Shown here: piece by piece, positions 37,393 through 47,155 of the stretch
How positions within the stretch are numbered: position 1 is the first letter of the stretch
How the letters are laid out: every line of letters starts with the position of its first letter
Source of the DNA: Candidatus Firestonebacteria bacterium RIFOXYD2_FULL_39_29
Lineage (GTDB): Bacteria > Oederibacteriota > D2-FULL-39-29
Reading direction: 5' to 3'
Length of the DNA stretch: 64,000 nt
NCBI GenBank assembly: GCA_001778375.1
Contig: MFGV01000074.1
Location: 9,651 to 73,650, forward strand
The notes under the pieces: generated by a model
The model's database searches: none
What the model was told of the DNA's origin: nothing
What the model saw: only the letters and a program-made list of their open reading frames with translations
Translations under genes and position numbers: made by a program

Positions 37393-38262
37393 ATGATTAC
37401 GAAAATAAAACTTAAAAATAAGATTAGCAGGGATTGGGCGATATTTAGTATCACTGTCAAGAAGTTTTTGCGGTTAAACGGGGGACAGTGGGCAGGATCG
37501 TTTGCTTTTGATCTCTTTTTTTCTATATTTCCGTTAATTGTCCTTTTCGTCACCATTGCCTCGTTTTTTGTTGATCCGGTCGTAGCAGGGAAAGAGATCA
37601 TTGTCTATATGCAAAGATATGTCCCGATCAGAGGTGAAATGCAGGATCAAGTATTCAACACCATTGCAGGTGTGGTCAAAGCTCGGGGGCATGTAGGTGT
37701 TATTTCGTTTTTCATATTGATCTGGGGCGCCATCCAATGTTTCTCTACCCTCATCTTCGCTGCCAATCTTGCCTGGGATACTCCGGTTAGAAAGTGGTGG
37801 CGTCTGCCGCTGAAAAGCCTGGTGATGCTCGGCGTAACAGCAGGCGTGGTCTTCCTCGGCATGGTGGCACCTGTCCTCTTAAAAATGACAGAGGGAAGGC
37901 TTTTTACAGTACCTGACTTTGCTTTCTGGATATATGCCTTGGGAATCTTCTTTATCCCTCTGCTGGTGATATTCTTCGGCCTGAGCCTTTTTTACATGCT
38001 GGCTCCGCAACAGTTCGTGCGTTTTTCCCGGGTGTGGATTGCCGCCCTGTATGCGACAGTTTTACTGCAGGCGGTAGAAAGTTTATTTGTTATCTATGTT
38101 AAGAACTTTGCCTCGTTAAATCTAGTCTATGGAGCGTTCGGCGGGATCATGGCACTCCTTATGTGGATCTATCTTTCCGGCTGTATTTTTATATTCGGCT
38201 CCTGCCTGTGCGCCGCCCAGGCAGAAACCCGTTCATTGCCGACAAAAAATATCATTAAATAA
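37393..38262 (+). CDS. YihY/BrkB-family inner-membrane protein
   Basis: Its six-TM topology and the motifs GSFAFDLFFSIFPLIVLFVTI and YGAFGGIMALLMWIYLSG are typical of YihY. Confidence 0.65.
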   Translation: MITKIKLKNKISRDWAIFSITVKKFLRLNGGQWAGSFAFDLFFSIFPLIVLFVTIASFFVDPVVAGKEIIVYMQRYVPIRGEMQDQVFNTIAGVVKARGHVGVISFFILIWGAIQCFSTLIFAANLAWDTPVRKWWRLPLKSLVMLGVTAGVVFLGMVAPVLLKMTEGRLFTVPDFAFWIYALGIFFIPLLVIFFGLSLFYMLAPQQFVRFSRVWIAALYATVLLQAVESLFVIYVKNFASLNLVYGAFGGIMALLMWIYLSGCIFIFGSCLCAAQAETRSLPTKNIIK

Positions 38263-38405
38263 AGTATAAGGCAGAAGAACGGAAAGGGGAAATGATGGAC
38301 CAGCCGTCCCTTTTTACCTATCTTCGCGGGAAGCCCTTTTGACAAAATTACATGGTTGTATAATAATGCCTTGACAATATTATATACATGTGTAATAATG
38401 TCAAC

Positions 38406-39641
38406 ATGAGTAAGCGAATAGAAAGATATATAGAGGAAACAGCGTTTTCCGAGAGATTCTCAAGGCAGATGCGGTTTATCTCCGGACCCAGGCAATCAGG
38501 AAAGACTACAATTGCCAAAAGTGCGCTTGAAAAGAACAAAAGCGGGCTTTATTATTATAACTGGGATAGAAGAGAGTTGCGGGAGAGATACAGAAATGAA
38601 ATTGATTTTCTTGCAAACGACCTGCTGAAAAATGGAGACAGAGGAAGGAAGATCAGTGTTTGTTTTGACGAGATACACAAGTATCCTAAATGGAAGAATA
38701 TTCTAAAAGATTTCTTTGATACCTATGAAACTAAACTGAATATCATTGTTACAGGAAGCGCAAGGCTTGATATGTTTAACAAGGCAGGGGATAGCCTTGC
38801 AGGCCGCTATTTCCTCTTCAGATTAAATCCCCTGATACTTGCCGAAGTGTTGGGAAAAAAATATGAGAACATATTGCCGGACAAAACGGCACTGAAATAT
38901 GTAGAGAAAAACATTTCCGGAAACAGATTTGAACAAAAAGCAATGGAGACCCTTATGCAATTCAGCGGATTCCCTGAACCATTTTTAAATCAGGATGCTG
39001 TCTTTTCAAAAAGCTGGCATGCGGAATATCTTGAAAAAACTGTCAAAGAAGACTTAAGAGACTTATCCGCCATACATCAGCTTCAAAAAGTATCCGATCT
39101 CGACTACTTGCTGCTCTCCAAAATAGCGGCCCCTTTATCGATAAATTCACTCAGGGAGGATCTTGAGCTCAATTTCAATACCGTTAAAAATTATGTAAAA
39201 TATCTCACACTTTCGTACGCTATATTTGAGGTGCCGCCTTATTACAAAAAAGGCAATCGCCTTGTTAAAAAGGAAAAGAAGGTATATTTCTATGACTGGG
39301 TTTCAGTGAAAGGAGATGCGGAGAAATTTGAGAATTATGTGGCTGTTGAACTTAAATCCAGAGTGGATCTTTGGAATAGTACTCTCGCCGATACATATGC
39401 GCTATATTTTGTTAAAGCCAGAGGTGAGACCGAAACTGATTTTATGATAACTAAGAACTCTACGCCTTATTTGTTAGTTGAAGCCAAACTTTCTTCAGAA
39501 AAAATAGAGAAGCATCATTATCAACACTCTACAATGTTCGATGATATTCCCTACGTTCAGTTGGTGGCAAGCGAGAATATACTGAAAGTTGAGCAGGAGA
39601 GGTTTTTTGTGGTATCGGCATCAAGGTTTTTTGCCGGATAA
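38406..39641 (+). CDS. AAA-family ATPase with a C-terminal DUF4143-type domain
   Basis: Walker A (GPRQSGKTT) and Walker B (VCFDEIHK) are present. The length and C-terminal region fit the AAA_14+DUF4143 architecture. The start is taken at MSKRIE. Confidence 0.6.
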   Translation: MSKRIERYIEETAFSERFSRQMRFISGPRQSGKTTIAKSALEKNKSGLYYYNWDRRELRERYRNEIDFLANDLLKNGDRGRKISVCFDEIHKYPKWKNILKDFFDTYETKLNIIVTGSARLDMFNKAGDSLAGRYFLFRLNPLILAEVLGKKYENILPDKTALKYVEKNISGNRFEQKAMETLMQFSGFPEPFLNQDAVFSKSWHAEYLEKTVKEDLRDLSAIHQLQKVSDLDYLLLSKIAAPLSINSLREDLELNFNTVKNYVKYLTLSYAIFEVPPYYKKGNRLVKKEKKVYFYDWVSVKGDAEKFENYVAVELKSRVDLWNSTLADTYALYFVKARGETETDFMITKNSTPYLLVEAKLSSEKIEKHHYQHSTMFDDIPYVQLVASENILKVEQERFFVVSASRFFAG

Positions 39642-39806
39642 AATAATAGGACATTTGCCGAGACTGTCGGGGTTAACAAGATAACAAAAAAAGCTGCAAA
39701 ACTGTTCTTGATAAAAACATTTTTGGGTGCTACAATATTTTTGTTGATTGCTTTGAAGGATTTTACTTTATAAACCTTAAAAGCATTATAAACATCGTTT
39801 ACGGCT

Positions 39807-39843
39807 GCGGGCGTAATTCAGCGGTAGAATGCCACCTTCCCAA
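39807..39843 (+). repeat. 37-nt direct repeat of the tRNA-Gly 5' half (acceptor stem, D arm, anticodon stem and loop). This is the left attachment site of the integrative element.
   Basis: GCGGGCGTAATTCAGCGGTAGAATGCCACCTTCCCAA is identical to 59424-59460. The identity stops at the 3' end of the anticodon loop. Confidence 0.75.
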
Positions 39844-40263
39844 AGCGTTTAGACCGATAGCTGTTCTCCTTGTATCCAAATGATTTTCTGATTCTAAAAG
39901 GACTTCTCTTGAAATCGTGAGTCTCACCCGAGCCCAGATTTACTCATCCAGGTGCATCCGTCAGGCACATTTTGGGCACACTTTTGTTTTGCCAGAAGGT
40001 GACTGGGATCACCCTAAGAAACCGTGTTATTTTTGGTTTGAAAGGGTTATTTAAAAGTTATAATATAAAATTATATTGGAATAGCTAAAGGAAGGAATAA
40101 CCCCGTTTGCGATGGAAATGAACCCGTTTAACATTTGGGCTGTTCCGTTACAATCAAAAACCTGATTTCCCTTTATAAAGAAGATTAATACTGCTATAAT
40201 TGTTAAAAGAGACGGCCATAAGAAGAGTATTTTGTATGGGCTGAATAACTGGAGCAATCTTAT

Positions 40264-41913
40264 ATGCCAAAAGAAGATTTTAGTAGCTGGTCAAGAGAAG
40301 AATTATTAACAGAAATTAAAAAGCTAAGGAAGCGAAAAAAATATGGTATGGTGTGGGAAGATAAACCGGAGCAAGTTGCCGAGCTTTGTAAAAACAAACT
40401 CCCTGTCTTAATAGAACAACACGATAAAATAATAGAAACCAATAAAGACCTCCCTGTTAATATTTTAATTGAAGGTGACAATTATCATGCCTTGTCAGTC
40501 TTAAATTATACACATAAAAATAAAATCGATGTCATATATATAGATCCTCCTTATAATACTCGAGCAAAGGATTGGAAATATAATAACGACTACGTTGATG
40601 AAAACGATGATTATAGGCATAGCAAATGGCTCTCGATGATGAATAAAAGAATAATTTTAGCTAAGAATCTCTTAAGAAGGGACGGAGTTCTAATAGCAAC
40701 AATTGATGATCATGAATTATTGGGGTTGCTCGGATTGTTAGAAGGTGTAAATGCCAAGAATATTGGTATAGTTTCAATTTGTATTAAACCTGAAGGAAGA
40801 CGTCAAAGCAAATATATAATGGAAGCACACGAATATGCATTATTTGTAACATGGGGTACCCCGATTACCAGAGGTCTAAATGTAGACTTTGGTTTAGATT
40901 TTCCAGAAAAAGATCCGGTATCCAATTTCCGATGGGAAGGGTTGATGCGAAGAGACGCTTCGCGTGAGGACAGAGGGTCAGACTACTGGTATGCATTCCA
41001 TGTTTCTAAAGAAGGTAAAATATTTTTTGAGCCAGGTAAAGGAACGAGTGAAGTTTGGCCAATAAATGTTAAAGGGATTGAGAGGGTTTGGCTTTGGGAC
41101 AAACAAAGAGCAAAAGACAATGTGGGCGAGCTTAGTGCTGTTGTTCGAAAAGAAAGAATAACTATCTATTACAAACGTCGTGAACTTGGTCGTGTAAAAC
41201 CAACATCGTTTTGGCATGGAAGTAAGTATAATGCTAATGCATACGGCACGCGTCTTTTAAAGACGATCCTCCCAGAAACAAATTTTGATTACCCTAAAAG
41301 CTTGTACTCTGTTATGGATTGCATAGATTTGTTTCTTCCGAAGAATGGTATAGTTCTGGATTATTTTGCAGGATCTGGAACCACTGGTCATGCTGTCTTA
41401 ATGCTTAATAATGAAGACAAGGGTAGTAGAAAATTTATTGTCTGCACTAATAATGAAAATAAAATTGCAGAAGGTGTATGCTATCCAAGAATAAAAAGAG
41501 TAATAAAAGGTCTTAAAGGGCACGATGATATAACTGGAATGCCTGCAAATTTAAAGTATTATAAGACAGATTTTGTGGACGCTTCTCCGACTGATAAGAG
41601 TAAAAAGATGTTAGTTGATAAATCAACGGAAATGTTGTGTCTAAAAGAATATTGTTTTGAGGAAGTAAAAAAAGGTAAAGAATATAGAATATTCAAAGAT
41701 TCACAAAATAAGCATTTAGGTATAGTTTATGATGATGAGGGAATTGAGGATATTAAGAAGGAAATAAGAAAGATTAATAAATTAGTTGTTATATACGTTT
41801 TCTCACTTGACGAGAATGCGAGGGAAGAGGAATTTGAAGACATAAAACATCTTGTAGAATTAAAACCTATACCAGCAGTAATTTTGAATGTTTATAAGAG
41901 GATATTCAAATGA
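40264..41913 (+). CDS. mod: Type III restriction-modification system methyltransferase (Mod subunit; N6-adenine beta-class)
   Basis: Motif IV (DPPYN) precedes motif I (FAGSGTTGHA), which is the beta-class order. The gene overlaps the downstream res gene by 4 nt. Confidence 0.8.
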   Translation: MPKEDFSSWSREELLTEIKKLRKRKKYGMVWEDKPEQVAELCKNKLPVLIEQHDKIIETNKDLPVNILIEGDNYHALSVLNYTHKNKIDVIYIDPPYNTRAKDWKYNNDYVDENDDYRHSKWLSMMNKRIILAKNLLRRDGVLIATIDDHELLGLLGLLEGVNAKNIGIVSICIKPEGRRQSKYIMEAHEYALFVTWGTPITRGLNVDFGLDFPEKDPVSNFRWEGLMRRDASREDRGSDYWYAFHVSKEGKIFFEPGKGTSEVWPINVKGIERVWLWDKQRAKDNVGELSAVVRKERITIYYKRRELGRVKPTSFWHGSKYNANAYGTRLLKTILPETNFDYPKSLYSVMDCIDLFLPKNGIVLDYFAGSGTTGHAVLMLNNEDKGSRKFIVCTNNENKIAEGVCYPRIKRVIKGLKGHDDITGMPANLKYYKTDFVDASPTDKSKKMLVDKSTEMLCLKEYCFEEVKKGKEYRIFKDSQNKHLGIVYDDEGIEDIKKEIRKINKLVVIYVFSLDENAREEEFEDIKHLVELKPIPAVILNVYKRIFK

Positions 41914-44102
41914 TCGAATTAAAGGAGTATCAAAAAATAGCTATAGAAGGTCTTAAGAATAAAACAGAAAAGCTATTAAGATCTCCAGAAAATGAAGTGA
42001 TCATTTTTCAAGCTCCTACAGGCTCTGGAAAAACTGTAATGGTGTCAGAGCTGTTAAAAGAAATAGTGCGGAATAAGAAGGGTGATAAAAGTTATTCATT
42101 TGTCTGGGTGTCAGTTAGAATGCTTCATGAACAAAGCAAAGAAAAGTTAGAAAAATATTACGAAGATGATAGGCTAATAAAGTGCTCATACTTTGAAGAC
42201 TTGGAAGACAGGAAGATAAACGAAAATGAAATTTTGTTTATTAACTGGCACAGCATAAACAAGAAAGACATAAATATATTTGTAAAAGAAAATGAGCGAG
42301 ATAATAATTTGAATAGTATTATTCGGAACACAAAAGAGGAAGGAAGAACTGTAATATTAGTTATTGACGAAAGCCATCATTCCGCAAATTCAGAGAAGTC
42401 AAAAGAATTAATAGAAGTTATTGGCCCTAAAGTAACCATAGAGGTTTCTGCTACACCTCATCTAACTGACAAAGTCTCTGAGATTGAGAAAGTCCATTTA
42501 ACTGATGTTAAATCTGAAGAAATGATTAAGATGGAAATTGTTGTTAATCCTGAATTTAAAAGTATCCAAGTCGGGTCAAAAAGTGCTGACGAACTGGTAA
42601 TTGATCAGGCATTAAAGAAGAGAAAAGATTTGAAATTAATGTTCGAGAACGAAGGTTCAAATATTAATCCGCTTGTGTTAATTCAATTGCCAGACAGTAA
42701 AGGAGATTTGATTAACAAAAAAGAAGATGTGGAAAAAATTCTAGAATCAAAAGGAATTACTGAAAAGAACGGGAAATTAGCAATATGGTTGTCAGAAGAA
42801 AAAACTGATACTTTACCAAATATAGAAAAAAATGATAATGACGTAGAGGTCTTGGTATTTAAGCAAGCTATTGCGTTAGGTTGGGATTGCCCAAGAGCAT
42901 CAATTCTGGTGATATTTAGAGAATTGAAAAGTTTTGTTTTTACTATACAGACGATCGGCAGGATTATGAGAATGCCAGAGTTGCGTTATTATGTTAAGAA
43001 TGAGGAACTGAATAAAGGATTTGTTTTTACAAATCTGCCAAGCATTGAAATAACAGAGGATTACGCAAAAGACTATATATCAATATATGAAGGTAAAAGA
43101 GATAACAAGTTGTATGAGGAATTAGCCTTGTCATCAGTTTTCATGAAAAGGCAAAGAGAAAGAACACGTTTGTCAGGGGCCTTTACGAGAATATTTGTGA
43201 CGGTGGCTGATGTGAACAAATTACAAAATAAAATTAATGTGGACAAATCTAAAATTATCAATCCAATAATATCAGATGGGAAGATAAAAGATGTGGATAA
43301 ACCTGGGAAGATAGAGGACAAGGGCCAGGTGTATTTGACTTTAAGTGAGAAGGAATTGCAAGAAAAATTTGATAGATTTATCATTCAGAATTGTTCTCCT
43401 TATGCTCCAGTTGATTCAAGTGATAGAATGAAAACAGCTATATACCAATACTTTAAGCAAAAATACAAAATAGAAAAGTATGATCCAAAGGTTCAGGGTA
43501 TAGTCTTAGGGAAGGAGAATGAACAAGCATTTGTGGATGTTATAAACCTTGCAAAGGAGCGATACAAAAAAGAAGTCATAGAAAAACTATCCGAAACAAA
43601 GGAAAAGGAAGAGACGCCGGAATGGGAAGTTCCAATAGTCATTAACTATAACAAAAGGTATAAAAAAGAAGACCATGAGAAGTCTATTATTAAACCATTC
43701 TATGTGTCTGAACAAAGTGATCCCGAGAGAAAGTTTGTAGAATTGCTTGACAAATCTAGTAAGGTAAAATGGTGGTATAAGAACGGAGAGGGCGAGGTTA
43801 AATATTTTGCAGTACCGTACAAGGATGAGAATGGCATAGAAAGAAGTTTTTATGTTGATTTTGTAGTTAAATTTAAAGATGGCAGGATTGGACTATTTGA
43901 TACTAAAAGCGGAATGACAGCAGAACAGGCTGGCCCAAGAGCGGAAGGCTTACAAAAATACATTAAGAAGGAATTGAAAAAAGTAAAAAAGCTTGAGGGT
44001 GGAATAGTCATATCTGTTAAAAATAGTTGGAGAGTTAATAGTAACGATAAGTACAAATATAATAAAGATGACCTCTCGGAATGGAAAATCTTGGACATAT
44101 AG
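41910..44102 (+). CDS. res: Type III restriction enzyme Res subunit (SF2 helicase-like, DEAH-box)
   Basis: Walker A (QAPTGSGKT), the DEAH-like motif (VIDESHH), and helicase motif VI (QTIGRIMR) are present. It sits immediately after mod. Confidence 0.8.
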   Translation: MIELKEYQKIAIEGLKNKTEKLLRSPENEVIIFQAPTGSGKTVMVSELLKEIVRNKKGDKSYSFVWVSVRMLHEQSKEKLEKYYEDDRLIKCSYFEDLEDRKINENEILFINWHSINKKDINIFVKENERDNNLNSIIRNTKEEGRTVILVIDESHHSANSEKSKELIEVIGPKVTIEVSATPHLTDKVSEIEKVHLTDVKSEEMIKMEIVVNPEFKSIQVGSKSADELVIDQALKKRKDLKLMFENEGSNINPLVLIQLPDSKGDLINKKEDVEKILESKGITEKNGKLAIWLSEEKTDTLPNIEKNDNDVEVLVFKQAIALGWDCPRASILVIFRELKSFVFTIQTIGRIMRMPELRYYVKNEELNKGFVFTNLPSIEITEDYAKDYISIYEGKRDNKLYEELALSSVFMKRQRERTRLSGAFTRIFVTVADVNKLQNKINVDKSKIINPIISDGKIKDVDKPGKIEDKGQVYLTLSEKELQEKFDRFIIQNCSPYAPVDSSDRMKTAIYQYFKQKYKIEKYDPKVQGIVLGKENEQAFVDVINLAKERYKKEVIEKLSETKEKEETPEWEVPIVINYNKRYKKEDHEKSIIKPFYVSEQSDPERKFVELLDKSSKVKWWYKNGEGEVKYFAVPYKDENGIERSFYVDFVVKFKDGRIGLFDTKSGMTAEQAGPRAEGLQKYIKKELKKVKKLEGGIVISVKNSWRVNSNDKYKYNKDDLSEWKILDI

Positions 44103-44299
44103 GGTTTGCCCTTCCTTTTGTAATCCCTTAATATAAAATTATATTAAAACTATTTTAACGTGTAAAAACGGCGTTTGCTCTCGAAATTGCCCCGTTAAAG
44201 TGTTGACTACTAAGCCATTATCTCGTTAAGGTCAAAATACCTTATTTTGATATTGAGATTATACGGGAAGTAATATATAATTATATTAAGGTAAATGAA

Positions 44300-44542
44300 A
44301 TGAAAAAGAATGAAGTTTTTAAAGTACACGTGCCAATGAACGCGGAACTAACTAAGTGGTTAGAGAATATTGGTATTGATGCCAGAGAACTTGGTGGGTT
44401 CAGGATACCAAAAACCTCAATAATTAAGGCTTGTATAAGAGCGGTTATGAAGTACGATATAGACCTGAGCAAAGTTAAGACCGAAGAAGACTTAGTAAAG
44501 AAAATTGAAAAAGCTATAGAAGTCAGTAAAAAGAAGCGATAG
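44300..44542 (+). CDS. Small hypothetical protein (80 aa; possible regulator)
   Basis: An ORF with a ribosome-binding site. Its promoter region contains the third copy of the AATATA-AA-TTATATT palindrome. Confidence 0.4.
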   Translation: MKKNEVFKVHVPMNAELTKWLENIGIDARELGGFRIPKTSIIKACIRAVMKYDIDLSKVKTEEDLVKKIEKAIEVSKKKR

Positions 44543-44576
44543 AGGACTCTGTTATTCGGAGTCCTCTATTTTTTTA
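44541..44576 (+). terminator. Rho-independent terminator
   Basis: AGAGGACTC-tgttattcg-GAGTCCTCT forms a 9-bp stem and is followed by ATTTTTTTAT. Confidence 0.7.
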
Positions 44577-44622
44577 TAAAGACAATATGCCCATTAGGGC
44601 AGATGGGCAAGGAGACGGATAG

Positions 44623-45645
44623 ATGAAGTCAAAAACGGTACTACTTAATAAAGGAGAGATGAAATATGTTGATAACATAGATAAAACTATTAAAGATAAT
44701 AACGGTAAAGGAATAGGTAAAGGCAAGGTAATAAGAGCCATCATAAAAGCAGTTAAAAGCAAAGAGCTTGGAAATGTCGCCATTAAGAAAGCCAAGAATA
44801 TTTTAACCCTATTAATACTTACCTTCCTTTTGACCGGAATAGGTTTTGCTGAGGAAAAGATAAATGTTGCAGTGTTAAGCTTTGAGTCGAAGAATGTATC
44901 AGAGACTGACACTTCAATATTTGTAAGTTTATTTAGACACGATCTTTACAGGACAAATAAATACTTAGTGATAGGAAGAGACAAGATGGAGGATGTTTTA
45001 AAAGAACAGAAGCTCCAGATGACAGGGTGTACCTCAAGCGAGTGTGCAGTGGAAGTCGGCAAGTTACTTAATGTTCGAAAGATATTTATTGGCGACATAA
45101 ACGAGTTAGGCGGAATCTATTATATTACAGTTAGACTTCTTGACGTAGAAAGCGGTAGCGTAGATAAGTCAGAAAGAATCAGGTGCGAATCAAAAAATGA
45201 CTTCGAAGAATGTAGCGTTAAACTGGCATCTAATATTACAGGGGTTCAATTAAAATATGAACGTATGAAAACAAGTCAATATTTGTCTGAAACAAATAAA
45301 TATTCAGAGATAGTTAAGCCCTCGAAACCTTTAGACGCATGGGCATGGATAGCTGGCGGATTTGCTATTGCAACAGCAGGGAGCTACTTAAATGCTTCTA
45401 ATGAATATGATTTATATCAAAAGGCGCAGAGTAATGAGTCAGCACTTGATCATAAAACTAAAACGCAGACATGGGATACGGCAACGCTGGCATGCGGAAT
45501 TGGGACAGGGGTGTTTGGGTTGATTGCATTAATTACTAATACATCAACAGAAAGTAATGTGTCGGAATTGGATAATGACAAAATACATTTAGTATGCAAA
45601 CCTTCCTTTGACGGAATAAGCATAGCATTATGCGGGAGGTTTTAA
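44623..45645 (+). CDS. Membrane-anchored protein with a periplasmic TolB-N/CsgG-like domain (uncertain) and C-terminal TM helices
   Basis: The N-terminus has a basic cytoplasmic tail, then a TM helix. The segment INVAVLSFESKNVSETDTSIFVSLFRHDL...GKLLNVRKIFIGDINELGGIYYITVRLLDVESGSV resembles TolB-N/CsgG-type periplasmic modules. Confidence 0.35.
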   Translation: MKSKTVLLNKGEMKYVDNIDKTIKDNNGKGIGKGKVIRAIIKAVKSKELGNVAIKKAKNILTLLILTFLLTGIGFAEEKINVAVLSFESKNVSETDTSIFVSLFRHDLYRTNKYLVIGRDKMEDVLKEQKLQMTGCTSSECAVEVGKLLNVRKIFIGDINELGGIYYITVRLLDVESGSVDKSERIRCESKNDFEECSVKLASNITGVQLKYERMKTSQYLSETNKYSEIVKPSKPLDAWAWIAGGFAIATAGSYLNASNEYDLYQKAQSNESALDHKTKTQTWDTATLACGIGTGVFGLIALITNTSTESNVSELDNDKIHLVCKPSFDGISIALCGRF

Positions 45646-45646
45646 A

Positions 45647-46024
45647 GTGAAGCCAATTAATAGAATAACGGTAGTACTAATATTAAGCGTTTTGATAGGT
45701 GTTGGATGTACCCGTAGTTGGAACAATCCTTATGATTCAATAAATCTCGCAACAAAAATACAGGCATACAAACCGAATATAACTACGATTGGAAATACTT
45801 CAACCACTATGAGATTAACTTGGAATATAAAATATGGGGAAGAATGGACAAGCTCATATACGAGTAACATCTATAGAGATGGGGTGAAAATAGGAACAAC
45901 CACTGCAACATATTATGAGGATTATCCAGTTGTTATCGGGACGACATATTCTTATCAAAGGACTATTTCTGGAGAAGGGGTAGAAAGTTTAAAAAGTGAC
46001 GTCGCAATCTATAAAGCGAATTAA
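45647..46024 (+). CDS. Small lipoprotein (FN3-like beta-rich)
   Basis: Lipobox LIGVGC. Confidence 0.4.
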   Translation: MKPINRITVVLILSVLIGVGCTRSWNNPYDSINLATKIQAYKPNITTIGNTSTTMRLTWNIKYGEEWTSSYTSNIYRDGVKIGTTTATYYEDYPVVIGTTYSYQRTISGEGVESLKSDVAIYKAN

Positions 46025-46038
46025 GAATGAGGTGCGTT

Positions 46039-46734
46039 ATGAGTAGAAAAGATGTTGGCTTGTTTATATTAGGGCTAGTAATTGTATTTGTTGGAGGTTG
46101 TGGACAAGGTGAAATTGAAAAACTAAAATCAGAGAATGCTTCATTGAAGAATGAGATCAAGTGTTTAAAAGAGACGGCAGATTATCATTATAAGGAAGGT
46201 GTTTTATTATTGAAGGATAAGTCATATTATAATGCGAAAACGGAGTTTGAAGCTGTAATTGAGAAGTATCCAACGAGTTCTTTAGTTGCATCTTCAAGGG
46301 AGCGTTTAACTGAAATTAATAGGGAGTTGGTAAGGGTCGAGGCGGAAAGGATCGCTGGAGAAAAGCGTAGACAAGAAGAAGAAAAATACAAGCCAAAAGA
46401 AGATCGGGATGCAAAAGATGAATGGGTCAACTTTCGTAGTGCTGAGGAAAAATACAAAGGAACCGTTACAACTTGGAGATTTAAAGTGAGTTACATTTCA
46501 AGGGAAAATCCCTTGGGTCGTCTGGCTTCGAGTTACAGGGATAATAATAGCTATAGTGTTAGTGTTCTTGGTCCAGAGGGGTATACATATCAATGTGCTG
46601 TTATGTTAAAAAAAGTTCCAGAAGTTAAGGAAGACGATTGGATGGTCGTTACTGGGAAATTTGAATACGTTTCTTCAGACAACGTTGTAGTACTAAGTCC
46701 TATTAAGGTAATTAACGAAGGTTTCAAGAAATAA
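46039..46734 (+). CDS. Lipoprotein with a coiled-coil and TPR-like region
   Basis: Lipobox FVGGC. The YYNAKTEFEAVIEKYP motif is BamD/YbgF-like. Confidence 0.4.
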   Translation: MSRKDVGLFILGLVIVFVGGCGQGEIEKLKSENASLKNEIKCLKETADYHYKEGVLLLKDKSYYNAKTEFEAVIEKYPTSSLVASSRERLTEINRELVRVEAERIAGEKRRQEEEKYKPKEDRDAKDEWVNFRSAEEKYKGTVTTWRFKVSYISRENPLGRLASSYRDNNSYSVSVLGPEGYTYQCAVMLKKVPEVKEDDWMVVTGKFEYVSSDNVVVLSPIKVINEGFKK

Positions 46735-47155
46735 AGTAGAACAAAACAAGACAGTTTAAATTTAAGAGCCTTGAGGGTTAAAAGCCCAAGAGGCTCTTTC
46801 TATTTGGAGCCAAGAAGAATGCGAGAAAAAGAAGAGTTGGAGACGGAAGCAATCGAGTTGGTGGATATCATGGTTAATGTTTTGAAAGATATGGGCTTCT
46901 CGTATTCAAGGGCGGTGACGGACATTTTAAAAGTAGAGGTATATTGTCACCTTTTTGCCAAGTACGGGAAAAGTAAAGGAAGGATCAATTATAAACGGGC
47001 AAATACGCGAGCAAACGGGGCTTAAGCATGAGATCTCGGATCGCTATAACCAAATATATTATAAGAATAAGAAGAGAAGGAAAACGGGGGTTTAAACGTG
47101 AAAAAGAATGTTTTTAATATAATGGAAGTAAAAATCGTATTTTTAAGGAGCAGAT

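Noticed and set aside
40051-40257. Minus-strand 68-aa ORF in the att-proximal non-coding region
   Set aside because: It lies in an AT-rich regulatory region containing the palindromic operator-like repeats and has no ribosome-binding site.
46771-47025. 84-aa ORF starting inside the hairpin downstream of 46734
   Set aside because: Its 5' end lies within a probable terminator stem (AGAGCCT...AGGCTCT). If it is real, the start is more likely the internal Met (MREKEEL). It is left unannotated.
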